A stretch of 64,000 nucleotides of DNA from a virus (taxonomy: Duplodnaviria > Heunggongvirae > Uroviricota > Caudoviricetes). Both the position numbers and the translations under genes were made by a program. Location of the stretch: IMG/VR virus record IMGVR_UViG_2879469214_000003, positions 1-64,000 of that record. One strand, written 5' to 3'. Below, piece after piece: positions 49,427 through 57,778 of this stretch. How positions within the stretch are numbered: position 1 is the stretch's first letter; each line of letters opens with the position of its first letter. The notes under the pieces are model-generated. The model searched no databases. It saw nothing but the letters and a program-made list of their open reading frames with translations, and had not been told where the DNA came from.

Positions 49427-49452
49427 GATGGCGCTTGTCGCCGTCTTTTTTT
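49427..49452 (+). terminator. rho-independent terminator
   Basis: GATGGCG-cttgt-CGCCGTC followed by T7. Confidence 0.6.
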
Positions 49453-50065
49453 ATTGACAAAAGTCCTTAATTATCTGATCAATATCCATCTCCATATCCC
49501 ACCATATCTTGCCTTCCTTAACTTCTGGGTCTTTATGAAGATTCATTTCATTGTCTAATCTAAAAGTATTCTGACCGTACACCTTTCCATAACTCATTCC
49601 ATATCTCGTACCGCCTTCAATTACTCCTTCATCTTTCACTGTAACGATTTTTGGACACAGTGCGGCTAGTAGCCGATCACGTTCAATCAAACGCTTGGAA
49701 AACTGACTCAATCCTCTCTCATTACTTTCAACTGCCTTTGTGGTGTACGGATGAACAATACATCCATTTTTCTTAATTTCCTCTGAGAGACTTCTGTTTT
49801 TCCATGGATATATCTCTTGCTTAGTAGGTGTGTTAACAATTGCAATCGTCTTTCCTTTTCCAGCTATGGCTCCTTTATGAGCGGCTGCATCTATGCCCTC
49901 AGCCAATCCTGAAACAACTATGTATCCGTGTCTTGCTAAATTACAGGCGAAAGTGTGCGCCGCCTTTAGTTCGTCTACACTTGCTTTTCTTGAGCCAATC
50001 ACGGCAACCCATCTGTCTCTTTGAGTTAGATCCATATTCAAACCAGTTACTTTAATTATGACCAC
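49451..50065 (-). CDS. DprA/Smf-like Rossmann (SLOG) protein
   Basis: 204 aa. VIGSRKAS...ARHGYIVVSGLAEGIDAAAHKGAIA...GKTIAIV. Confidence 0.55.
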   Translation of the reverse strand: MVIIKVTGLNMDLTQRDRWVAVIGSRKASVDELKAAHTFACNLARHGYIVVSGLAEGIDAAAHKGAIAGKGKTIAIVNTPTKQEIYPWKNRSLSEEIKKNGCIVHPYTTKAVESNERGLSQFSKRLIERDRLLAALCPKIVTVKDEGVIEGGTRYGMSYGKVYGQNTFRLDNEMNLHKDPEVKEGKIWWDMEMDIDQIIKDFCQ

Positions 50066-50092
50066 TCCTCATGAATTGTTCATTTTATCGAA

Positions 50093-50449
50093 TTAGTCGA
50101 TATACTCATAGTGCATGATTACCACTCGATAAATGGGGATTCCTAACAATCGCTTTACAATCACATCTTCTCCAGTATAGACTTTTTTTCTGTTGATTTT
50201 TCTAATCACATAATACTCTCCGTGATCCAAGTCTAAGTAATCAGTCATCACAAAATTCCTCAGTGACTGCTTTACATAAACAGGTTCGTGATAGGGGAAT
50301 ATATTTCTTTCTCGGTATGTTGTTTTTAAATTGATTATCTTTGGAGTCGTGATTATATATTCACCTTCTACGGCTGTCCTATATTCAAGTTCATATTTTT
50401 TCTGTCCAAGTATGAACTGTCCTTTTTCATTGATGTAACCTGCTCCCAT
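50093..50449 (-). CDS. hypothetical protein
   Basis: 118 aa ORF. Confidence 0.35.
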   Translation of the reverse strand: MGAGYINEKGQFILGQKKYELEYRTAVEGEYIITTPKIINLKTTYRERNIFPYHEPVYVKQSLRNFVMTDYLDLDHGEYYVIRKINRKKVYTGEDVIVKRLLGIPIYRVVIMHYEYID

Positions 50450-50474
50450 GGCGTTTCTCCTTAAAATATGTATT

Positions 50475-50879
50475 TTAAAGACTTTTCAAACCCTTTCCAC
50501 AAACTGGACAGTAGTTTATTTTCACTCCATAAAGTGAATGAGGTGCACTTCCTCCAACGATACTGTCTTCTAAGTAATTTACACTGTTTATAAATACGCT
50601 ATAATCACTTAGCTGAGCCTTCATTAAAGGCTCTCTGTCTGTTGAACTTTCACCAGCACAATACTTACAATTTTCTATGTGCTCATCTTTATCTTTAGAC
50701 TGCTTGTCTAATTCATCTGCCACCAGATTAAATTCGTCTGCAATACTTCTTAGCTCCTGAGTGCACCATGTATTATTTGTTAAACTAATGCTGCCGACAA
50801 GTCGAGGCGTAAATCCGATTTGCTTAACTATCTTTCCTTTTATAAATCTACCGTTAACCTTAATCTCAGTACTAAACAT
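50475..50879 (-). CDS. zinc-ribbon hypothetical protein
   Basis: 134 aa. CKYCAG...YCPVCG. Confidence 0.35.
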   Translation of the reverse strand: MFSTEIKVNGRFIKGKIVKQIGFTPRLVGSISLTNNTWCTQELRSIADEFNLVADELDKQSKDKDEHIENCKYCAGESSTDREPLMKAQLSDYSVFINSVNYLEDSIVGGSAPHSLYGVKINYCPVCGKGLKSL

Positions 50880-51459
50880 TCACAGCTTCCTCTCTAGTCA
50901 CCCACTCAAGATAATTGGTATGATTTCGATCCTTCTTGTGTTTGAAGCCCAACTTTCCCAAAACATAATCATAGTAAACTTTGTAATTATAGTTATCTGT
51001 TCTGATATCTTTAGTTAAGTAAGGTGACATATCTGAAGGATGCTTATAGTAATGAACCCTTAAATAATATCTTTCCCCATAACTATCTCCCCCAAGTACT
51101 CTGACACACAATTCGGCATATTTATTTTCTGCTTGAGGAATCCAGACATAGTGATGTGAATGAAAGCTTCCATCTGGATCATTTCTTAATTTCTCAACAT
51201 GATAAAGACATCCATCTCTAACTTCATATGTATATCGCTCATTGTCTGGAGCATAGTTAAAACTCTTTGGAATTTCGTATTGAACACCATTAATATCTGC
51301 TGTATTTAGTTTGCTATTTACTCGACGCTCTTCTTCGTCAATCTTATTCTTTAACTTGTACATCTCTTCGCCAATGCCTCTTTTTGCAGTCTTACTATTC
51401 ACATTCCCGTAATCTATCTTTGCTTTTTCATACTCATTCTTCATTTCTAAGAGTTGCAT
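50872..51459 (-). CDS. hypothetical protein
   Basis: 195 aa ORF. Confidence 0.4.
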   Translation of the reverse strand: MQLLEMKNEYEKAKIDYGNVNSKTAKRGIGEEMYKLKNKIDEEERRVNSKLNTADINGVQYEIPKSFNYAPDNERYTYEVRDGCLYHVEKLRNDPDGSFHSHHYVWIPQAENKYAELCVRVLGGDSYGERYYLRVHYYKHPSDMSPYLTKDIRTDNYNYKVYYDYVLGKLGFKHKKDRNHTNYLEWVTREEAVNV

Positions 51460-51504
51460 TCTCTACCTCCTCATTGTTTGTGAAACACGCATTTTATTTG
51501 AACT

Positions 51505-51533
51505 TTGACTCAATGATGTTCCTATGGTAAAAT
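51505..51533 (+). promoter_or_regulatory. strong sigmaA-type promoter TTGACT-17-TGgTAAAAT (extended -10) on the plus strand
   Basis: Near-consensus hexamers with an extended -10. No plus-strand protein gene downstream. Confidence 0.55.
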
Positions 51534-51539
51534 ATCTCT

Positions 51540-51740
51540 GTCGGTACGAAACCCTAACCCAATATTAGGTATTTGAGTCGTTCTCCAATTTTTTAAATGG
51601 CTTAAATTGTAGTTCCGTCTGTGCAACAAATTTAAGTAGCTTGTATTTAGCAAGATACTCCTATGGTAAGGAAAAGAACTGTAGTGTATGGTGCTACCCA
51701 CACTTTACACACATCCTTTGGATGACAGTTCTTTTTCTGT
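51540..51740 (+). ncRNA. candidate ~200-nt non-coding RNA (orphan promoter to structured terminator)
   Basis: Promoter at 51505-51533. Outer stem AAGAACTGT (51674-51682) pairs with ACAGTTCTT (51725-51733) and encloses two small hairpins (AGTGT..ACACT, CATCCtttGGATG). Followed by TTTTT. Confidence 0.3.
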
Positions 51741-51792
51741 TTTCTACTCAAATTAATCTCAGTAAAATAGACCTTTCATTTGCTGTTGGCTC

Positions 51793-52053
51793 TCAAACTT
51801 TATCTGGTCGATTTCCTACAAAGCAATCTCTAATGCACTTATGTATTTTAATCTCATTGTCCAACTCATTATCATCCCACTGATTTTGATATATACTTTT
51901 CCAGCCCACAAACCATTTACATCTCTCGAAAATCTTTAACTTGTAAACAGTTTTATAATAAGTCACTCCACCAGCTCTTAGTGTATCTACACGTTGTTCT
52001 TTTACTTCCAATCTGTATTTTTTCTCATCTTCATTCCAATACTTTTTATACAT
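51793..52053 (-). CDS. hypothetical protein
   Basis: 86 aa ORF. Confidence 0.35.
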   Translation of the reverse strand: MYKKYWNEDEKKYRLEVKEQRVDTLRAGGVTYYKTVYKLKIFERCKWFVGWKSIYQNQWDDNELDNEIKIHKCIRDCFVGNRPDKV

Positions 52054-52477
52054 CTGCCCTCTTCTCCTTTAACACTGACATGTCATATCCAGATTCAATG
52101 AATCGAATTGTCTTACTTCTGTTGCAGTCGTTTCCTAAGTATGTATATATCTCATCCATATCTTCAAATGTGAAACTTGTCCCTAAATACTCATTAATAA
52201 TTGCCCTGAATCTCTTTTGCCAATACAAGCTAACTCCCTTACAGCTTGGTCTTGATAACCAAGCCAATACTTTTCTCTTTATGTCAAAGTCAGACTCTAC
52301 ATCGCTCAGTAAGAAATAAATATTATTTTTGGGTTCAATTATTAATTCAAACTTAGAGTTAATGAAGCAATTCGGTGAGTGGCGTTCTGCAATTTTCATA
52401 AACTTTTGAATTTCAATTAGATTCACTTTTCTCCTCCTGACCATACATAACAAATGTTCCTCTTGGAGCAATTTCAA
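52046..52477 (-). CDS. hypothetical protein
   Basis: 143 aa ORF. Confidence 0.35.
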   Translation of the reverse strand: MKLLQEEHLLCMVRRRKVNLIEIQKFMKIAERHSPNCFINSKFELIIEPKNNIYFLLSDVESDFDIKRKVLAWLSRPSCKGVSLYWQKRFRAIINEYLGTSFTFEDMDEIYTYLGNDCNRSKTIRFIESGYDMSVLKEKRADV

Positions 52478-52640
52478 TCTGGCTAATAAAGTCCCTCTTC
52501 TCTAAATACTCAATATCAAGTTTACTATAGTAAAAAACCAATCCATCTATAACGGGCGACACATATGCTACAATTCCCAATTTATTAAGCACTCGTTCAC
52601 ATTTCTCGCAATCCTCAGATAGTCTAATTATGTACTCCAT
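52413..52640 (-). CDS. hypothetical protein
   Basis: 75 aa ORF. Confidence 0.3.
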   Translation of the reverse strand: MEYIIRLSEDCEKCERVLNKLGIVAYVSPVIDGLVFYYSKLDIEYLEKRDFISQIEIAPRGTFVMYGQEEKSESN

Positions 52641-52815
52641 CTACCCTGCTCCTTTCTTTAAGCGTCACCATATATTCTTCGTATATTGGTTTAAAAGCAG
52701 CTTCTTCCTGTTTCCATAAAGTCTCTCCAACATCAATTCCATATCCAGCGTTACAACCTTGAGCGAAAAAGTAATAGAGCATGTTTTTCAACTCATCTCT
52801 TTTGATGTATGGCAT
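52624..52815 (-). CDS. hypothetical protein
   Basis: 63 aa ORF. Confidence 0.3.
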   Translation of the reverse strand: MPYIKRDELKNMLYYFFAQGCNAGYGIDVGETLWKQEEAAFKPIYEEYMVTLKERSRVDGVHN

Positions 52816-52818
52816 AGA

Positions 52819-53007
52819 TTACGGCTCCCATCTATACAGTTCATAATCATTATCTACCAATTCAAAATAATCGGAACTATGATCGCCTGATAGTTTCTCG
52901 TTAAGAATATCGACTATCAAGTCTCCATAATAGCTACTTACATTCTCGCAAACTAATTTATCGTTCACTAACTCTCTACCAAAGTTATCTTTACAAATGA
53001 TCTTCAT
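52819..53007 (-). CDS. hypothetical protein
   Basis: 62 aa ORF. Confidence 0.3.
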   Translation of the reverse strand: MKIICKDNFGRELVNDKLVCENVSSYYGDLIVDILNEKLSGDHSSDYFELVDNDYELYRWEP

Positions 53008-53228
53008 TTTAATTCCTCCAGAACTTCTTCAATATTTTCGATGTTGTCCCATACCTCATCATAGTAATAGTTGACATTCCCATCTACACTATCAACCGAT
53101 ATTTTGCAACAATGCTTCCCTTCTTCATCACAGTAGTTGTTCCAGCGCACATTTACTTCTATGATGTCTGTGTGTTTTTGAAAATATGTATTCATATATG
53201 TGGGAAGTCTATTTATCTGAACAATCAT
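53004..53228 (-). CDS. hypothetical protein
   Basis: 74 aa ORF. Confidence 0.3.
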   Translation of the reverse strand: MIVQINRLPTYMNTYFQKHTDIIEVNVRWNNYCDEEGKHCCKISVDSVDGNVNYYYDEVWDNIENIEEVLEELK

Positions 53229-53259
53229 AATTCTTTCTCCTCCTTATGAAACGTGCCTT

Positions 53260-53574
53260 TTACTTAGTAGTCTTACTTTTCTTGAATGGTTCAATAAATA
53301 ACCAGCGAAAACCTGTGTATAAGATTTTCAAGAGGTTCCATGAGGCAAAGACTGCCAACCCAATAAGAGCTAATAATATAATCCACATCACAGTCGCTCT
53401 TAGTTGATCTGGCATGACCCAGTTATCTTGTAGCCACCATATCCCATTCATCAATAACAAAACTAATCCCCATAATGCTGATATGAGCCCCGCGAACAAT
53501 AATGTCTTTTTCATTCTTTTAAAAAACTCTCTCAACTTATACGAATCCTCCTCAACTTCATGGTCTCTATGCAT
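53260..53574 (-). CDS. membrane protein (2-3 TM)
   Basis: 104 aa with hydrophobic helices. Confidence 0.4.
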   Translation of the reverse strand: MHRDHEVEEDSYKLREFFKRMKKTLLFAGLISALWGLVLLLMNGIWWLQDNWVMPDQLRATVMWIILLALIGLAVFASWNLLKILYTGFRWLFIEPFKKSKTTK

Positions 53575-53807
53575 CTTATCAAGATTAGATAAGATAGCTA
53601 GTTGCCTAAGATGTCCTCTAAACTAATTTCTCGCTTTCCACTTCCAATAACTATGTAAAATCCGGGCTTGTCTGATCTCTCTTCTAATGTAGCTCCATGT
53701 GACTTTGCCAGTTGAATAATCTCCTCATTAGATAACTCAATCTCATCTTTCAACTTGTGGCCTCCCATTCTAATTTTGATAAAACAGATCTTTTAACTGC
53801 ATTTTGA

Positions 53808-54038
53808 CTACTTACTAAGAGCCACGGATGTTCGTTTTAGAATGTCATTCCATTCATTCAGTATGTATTCTACCCAGTATTCTGGAGGGTAGTGTCCAAC
53901 AAACTCTTCGTCTTCTTTTAGCATTTTCATAACAGATGATTTATGTACTAGTGAAACGACAAACTCTTTTTCTAAAGGAAGATTCTCAAGCATGTACTCA
54001 ATTATTAAGTCTTGATAACCTCGCACTTCTTCTCTCAA
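53808..54038 (-). CDS. hypothetical protein
   Basis: 76 aa ORF. Confidence 0.3.
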   Translation of the reverse strand: MREEVRGYQDLIIEYMLENLPLEKEFVVSLVHKSSVMKMLKEDEEFVGHYPPEYWVEYILNEWNDILKRTSVALSK

Positions 54039-54256
54039 TGTGAACCTCCTCTATCGTTGTCTCTCTCATCGTTTAGTTCTTTGATCTCAGGGAAGATAGC
54101 CACAAACAAATCAATAACGTCAATTTTTTTACTCTTTCTATTCTGGGTTAAATAAAATCCGGGTGTTTTTGAATTTTCAGTTACTTTGATTCCTATTTCT
54201 TTAGCTATTCGTTTCATTTTTTCAATATCGATTTCATTATGATCATTTTTCTTCAA
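54035..54256 (-). CDS. hypothetical protein
   Basis: 73 aa ORF. Confidence 0.3.
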   Translation of the reverse strand: MKKNDHNEIDIEKMKRIAKEIGIKVTENSKTPGFYLTQNRKSKKIDVIDLFVAIFPEIKELNDERDNDRGGSH

Positions 54257-54310
54257 CTATGTACCACGTCCCCTCATAAGAAAAACGGCGATATCTTTCC
54301 CGTTAAAGGA

Positions 54311-54360
54311 ATTATATCACCGTTTTATATGTATGTACAGTTTTATTTTAGTGTAATTAA
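54311..54360 (-). promoter_or_regulatory. repeat motif (TTAATTACACTAAAATAAAAC) plus promoter TGTACA-17-TATAAT
   Basis: Motif overlaps the stop of 54357..54869 and abuts the -35. Confidence 0.55.
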
Positions 54361-54869
54361 CTAATTCGAATATGCTTTTTATCAGTCACCAGTGTCGCTC
54401 CATCAATCTCAAGTCCGTTCTTAACATCCTTAAGCAAAGCTTTACTGTCAATCTTCGGTTCTTGTGTAATCTTATATGTATCTGGAATTTTAGTTGGATC
54501 ATATACATTGATTGAAGGTGGATTCACCTGTAATTTAACTTTGAATACTCCCGCATTCATTTTCTCAATATGGTTACCTTCAAGGTATTCCTGTAGAAGA
54601 CCTTTCAAACGTTCCTGTTTATTTTCCATGTATTTACGCTTTTTACTGAAACGCTGTTCTTCAGCTTTAAAAGTTGCAATTGTTCCTTCAAGATTTCGAA
54701 TAAACTTAACGATGTTCTCGCACTTATTTTCAATACCGTCTTCCAGTGCTTCAAGAGTATCTTTATACATTTCAAAATCATCTTCACCAATTTCATCGTT
54801 TTCTAGTGCTGTTTCAAGGTAATCGCTCAGGAACTTATAGTCTTCAGATAGTTTGTAAAGTGATGGCAT
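54357..54869 (-). CDS. hypothetical coiled-coil protein
   Basis: 170 aa ORF. Confidence 0.4.
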   Translation of the reverse strand: MPSLYKLSEDYKFLSDYLETALENDEIGEDDFEMYKDTLEALEDGIENKCENIVKFIRNLEGTIATFKAEEQRFSKKRKYMENKQERLKGLLQEYLEGNHIEKMNAGVFKVKLQVNPPSINVYDPTKIPDTYKITQEPKIDSKALLKDVKNGLEIDGATLVTDKKHIRIS

Positions 54870-54919
54870 CTAATCATTCTCCTCTAATATGTATTATTCT
54901 TGATCAAATCTATGTTTCA

Positions 54920-55198
54920 TCAGATCTCGTTTTCTAGCTTATCCAACTCTGATACAGCTCGTTTAATCTGTTTATTTAAACTGTCAATGCGCTCATTTAA
55001 TTCTGCTTTTTCTTTTGCGATGACTCTTTCAAATGCTTCTGTACTATATGCTTGATCGTTATAAATAACCCAATCATTGCACAGCTCCGAACCAGACATG
55101 ACACAACTTCCTTCTTCAAACTGCTCTCTATAGAAACGAAGTTGCTCTTCGATTGGTTTACTGTTCATGTCTTTAGCTTTGATAATAATAATATTCAC
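54920..55198 (-). CDS. hypothetical protein
   Basis: 92 aa ORF. Confidence 0.35.
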   Translation of the reverse strand: MNIIIIKAKDMNSKPIEEQLRFYREQFEEGSCVMSGSELCNDWVIYNDQAYSTEAFERVIAKEKAELNERIDSLNKQIKRAVSELDKLENEI

Positions 55199-55206
55199 CT
55201 CTATTT

Positions 55207-56286
55207 CTATAATTCAAGATGTTGTTGTACGGTCTGGTAGTCCTTGTACAATTGTGGATCTTCATTGGCTGCAATTCCATATATAACATCGTAGTTGTAT
55301 TCACAGTCCCTGAACACTCGACCATCTCCATCCCATTTGTCAAACATGTAGGAAGAAATGTCATTGTAAATTTTACGATCTAAGTCTGACTCGGTGGTAA
55401 AACTATTTAATCCACATTCAGCATGACTATAGCCCTCAGTCCAATCATTTCGATTCATTTCTAGACTGTGAGCCAGCCTCAGGTATTTATTCCTATCTAT
55501 AATGGCTTCATTGAGTTCACTCCATGAATCTGTGAGTTCAAGATCATACTTGGCTAACAACAATGCCAACATTTTATTGTACTCTTTTTCCTTTTCTTCC
55601 TTCTCTTTTTTGACTCTTTCCTGTTTCATTTTATAGAGTTCATCGTTCCAAATCTTTTTAATCTGGTCAATCAAGGATTTCTTCAATTCCTCTAATCTAT
55701 TTTCAGAGTATTGGGTAGGGATCTGTTTTCTAATCTCTGAAGTAAAGTTGTAATACAACTCAGTTGTATTTCTTGATCGTCCAGTTTTATAACCATAATA
55801 GCTATTCCTGATACCGACCTGTTTTAATAGATCAAAAACTCTTGTTTCGGTTTCTTTGTTGCTTTTTACTTTTTCAACGTTCTTAATATGTATGTCCTTA
55901 TCCGTATCAGCAATTGCATTTATAAAGCCAATCATTTTCTCAAGGCCATCATTTTTATTCTCATCAAAAAACACATATGTATAATGCCAATTCTCTTTAT
56001 AATTGACTCCATTGAGTAAACCTCCTTGTTGAACGAGTTTATCAATGTCATAGCTATTCCATTCAACCCTAAGAATGGGTTTGTCATTATACCACCCATC
56101 TCGATGCTCTGAGCGTCTTACTTTAAATTCAGCTAGTTTAAGTGATGTAAGATGCTGTATCTTTGCTAATCCTGTGGACTCCTCCAACTTCTTAAACTTC
56201 GAAGTTGTTAACTCTCTCATTTTCTCAATTTCTTTAGCGATCTCATCAAAATTCTTATCGATGCTTTGTGACTCCCAAACTCCCAT
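55207..56286 (-). CDS. hypothetical protein
   Basis: 359 aa ORF with a Lys/Glu-rich central coiled coil. Confidence 0.45.
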   Translation of the reverse strand: MGVWESQSIDKNFDEIAKEIEKMRELTTSKFKKLEESTGLAKIQHLTSLKLAEFKVRRSEHRDGWYNDKPILRVEWNSYDIDKLVQQGGLLNGVNYKENWHYTYVFFDENKNDGLEKMIGFINAIADTDKDIHIKNVEKVKSNKETETRVFDLLKQVGIRNSYYGYKTGRSRNTTELYYNFTSEIRKQIPTQYSENRLEELKKSLIDQIKKIWNDELYKMKQERVKKEKEEKEKEYNKMLALLLAKYDLELTDSWSELNEAIIDRNKYLRLAHSLEMNRNDWTEGYSHAECGLNSFTTESDLDRKIYNDISSYMFDKWDGDGRVFRDCEYNYDVIYGIAANEDPQLYKDYQTVQQHLEL

Positions 56287-56527
56287 TCAGTACTTCCTTT
56301 CTTAATCAAATTTACATTTGATCTAAACTTCCTAATGTATACACCAGATTTCAGATATATATCATCCACACTACTTTGTTCATCAATAAAAAAAGCGGTA
56401 TATCTACATAGTATCCCCATTGTCCGAAGCCATTTTTCCACTCTACAATTCACATTTCAAAAAAAATAAGTAAGTTATAATACATGTATCTCCTAATGCA
56501 TAAATTATAAGGGGGAGATGATATGAA

Positions 56528-57220
56528 TTGAAAAAGAAAAGAAGGAAACTTGGCGTGCCTATGGCGCATGTATCTGCGACGTATAAGAAAATAACTGTGA
56601 GCGTCCCTGCTGCTCCTGTATCAGATGTACTGCCTGCGACAATGACATTTTACGTTGATACGAGATTTACCACCGCCCAAGTTAATCGAATACGGCAAAT
56701 CATTGGAACAGTCTTAGGAAATTGGGAAGCGCATTTCGATGCATTAAACGAAGGAGATGCACTTTCAAGATACCAAAATTGTGTAAATAAATATGCCAAG
56801 TTTAATTTAGCACCTGTTTGGTTCGAAGAAAAACTGGCTAACGGGGCTGCTGCTGCTGCCGTTCAAATGGATGGGCTGACTACCATGATTGCAGCCAATG
56901 GTTTCGGCAGAGCTGCTAAAGCCTATATTATGTACCAAAATTCCCGAAGTTCGACCATTAAAGGAGTCAATGCTTCTAATCCTGAAAAGAATTCATTGAC
57001 GGTTACTATAAATGCATCCGCTCTTAATTCATATTCGGTATCAACAATATTCTTAGGCGGCTCTCTTCATCATGCTTGGCTCCATCGTGAAGGATATCGG
57101 CATCCTGCTGGGAAATATACAAGTTATTTTGCCGGAGAAAGTAGCATGTGTGTTATGAGAGGAAATAATGATAAATCAGTCGGAACTCCAGATAATAGTT
57201 ATACGAAATGGCTGGATTAA
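56528..57220 (+). CDS. hypothetical protein with atypical (higher GC) composition; plus-strand insertion
   Basis: 230 aa. GCG/CTG/GCC-rich codons unlike its neighbours. Start uncertain (TTG at 56528 or ATG at 56561). Ala-rich segment. C-terminal HHAWLHREGYRHP. Confidence 0.45.
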   Translation: MKKKRRKLGVPMAHVSATYKKITVSVPAAPVSDVLPATMTFYVDTRFTTAQVNRIRQIIGTVLGNWEAHFDALNEGDALSRYQNCVNKYAKFNLAPVWFEEKLANGAAAAAVQMDGLTTMIAANGFGRAAKAYIMYQNSRSSTIKGVNASNPEKNSLTVTINASALNSYSVSTIFLGGSLHHAWLHREGYRHPAGKYTSYFAGESSMCVMRGNNDKSVGTPDNSYTKWLD

Positions 57221-57307
57221 CATAAAAATTCCTTTCAGCTTTTCCATGACAACAACAGACCAATGTTAAAACTCTCCATGATTCTCACATCTCGGTACGT
57301 CCCATAT

Positions 57308-57544
57308 TTATAAATCTCTTTGACCTCGAACAAACTTATGTATTTCAATCAATTTCTTAAAATTACGTTTACGCATCATTTCATTCACTTCTACAATAAT
57401 ACTTAACATTGCTTCCTGATGATCGCTACGCATAGCTGATGGGCAATCTAAGGTGTTTGGAATGGCTGCATTATGTAGTTCTTCACTTTCTGGACAGCAC
57501 TGATTAAAAGCATTCCACAAACAATGTGTGTTATTACAATTCAT
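57308..57544 (-). CDS. small Cys-rich protein
   Basis: 78 aa. CNNTHC...CCPE. Confidence 0.35.
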   Translation of the reverse strand: MNCNNTHCLWNAFNQCCPESEELHNAAIPNTLDCPSAMRSDHQEAMLSIIVEVNEMMRKRNFKKLIEIHKFVRGQRDL

Positions 57545-57695
57545 TTAATTCACCTTCAGACACAGACATTTCCGACAAACTTTCAGATAGTTCCTTATAC
57601 TTATATGTAAGCAGTCTTGAAACCTCTTTTCGTTTTTCATCATCATATGTATGCCAATCTAGAGCTACACTATTCAAATAATCTTTTGTTATCAT
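57531..57695 (-). CDS. small acidic hypothetical protein (54 aa), translationally coupled to 57308..57544
   Basis: RBS AAAGGAGA-N8-ATG. Its stop overlaps the downstream ATG (TTAAATGAATTGTAA). Confidence 0.3.
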
Positions 57696-57778
57696 ATTGT
57701 TTCGTCTCCTTTTCTCTAAGAAAGTCCTCTTTTATTATATTTTTACTTTTAAATATGGTAGAGATCATATAATGATCC

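Noticed and set aside
51641-51883. 80-aa plus-strand ORF downstream of the orphan promoter as a coding gene or type I toxin
   Set aside because: The ORF runs straight through the structured terminator and into the next gene's antisense. No RBS. Kept only as a remote possibility under the ncRNA finding.
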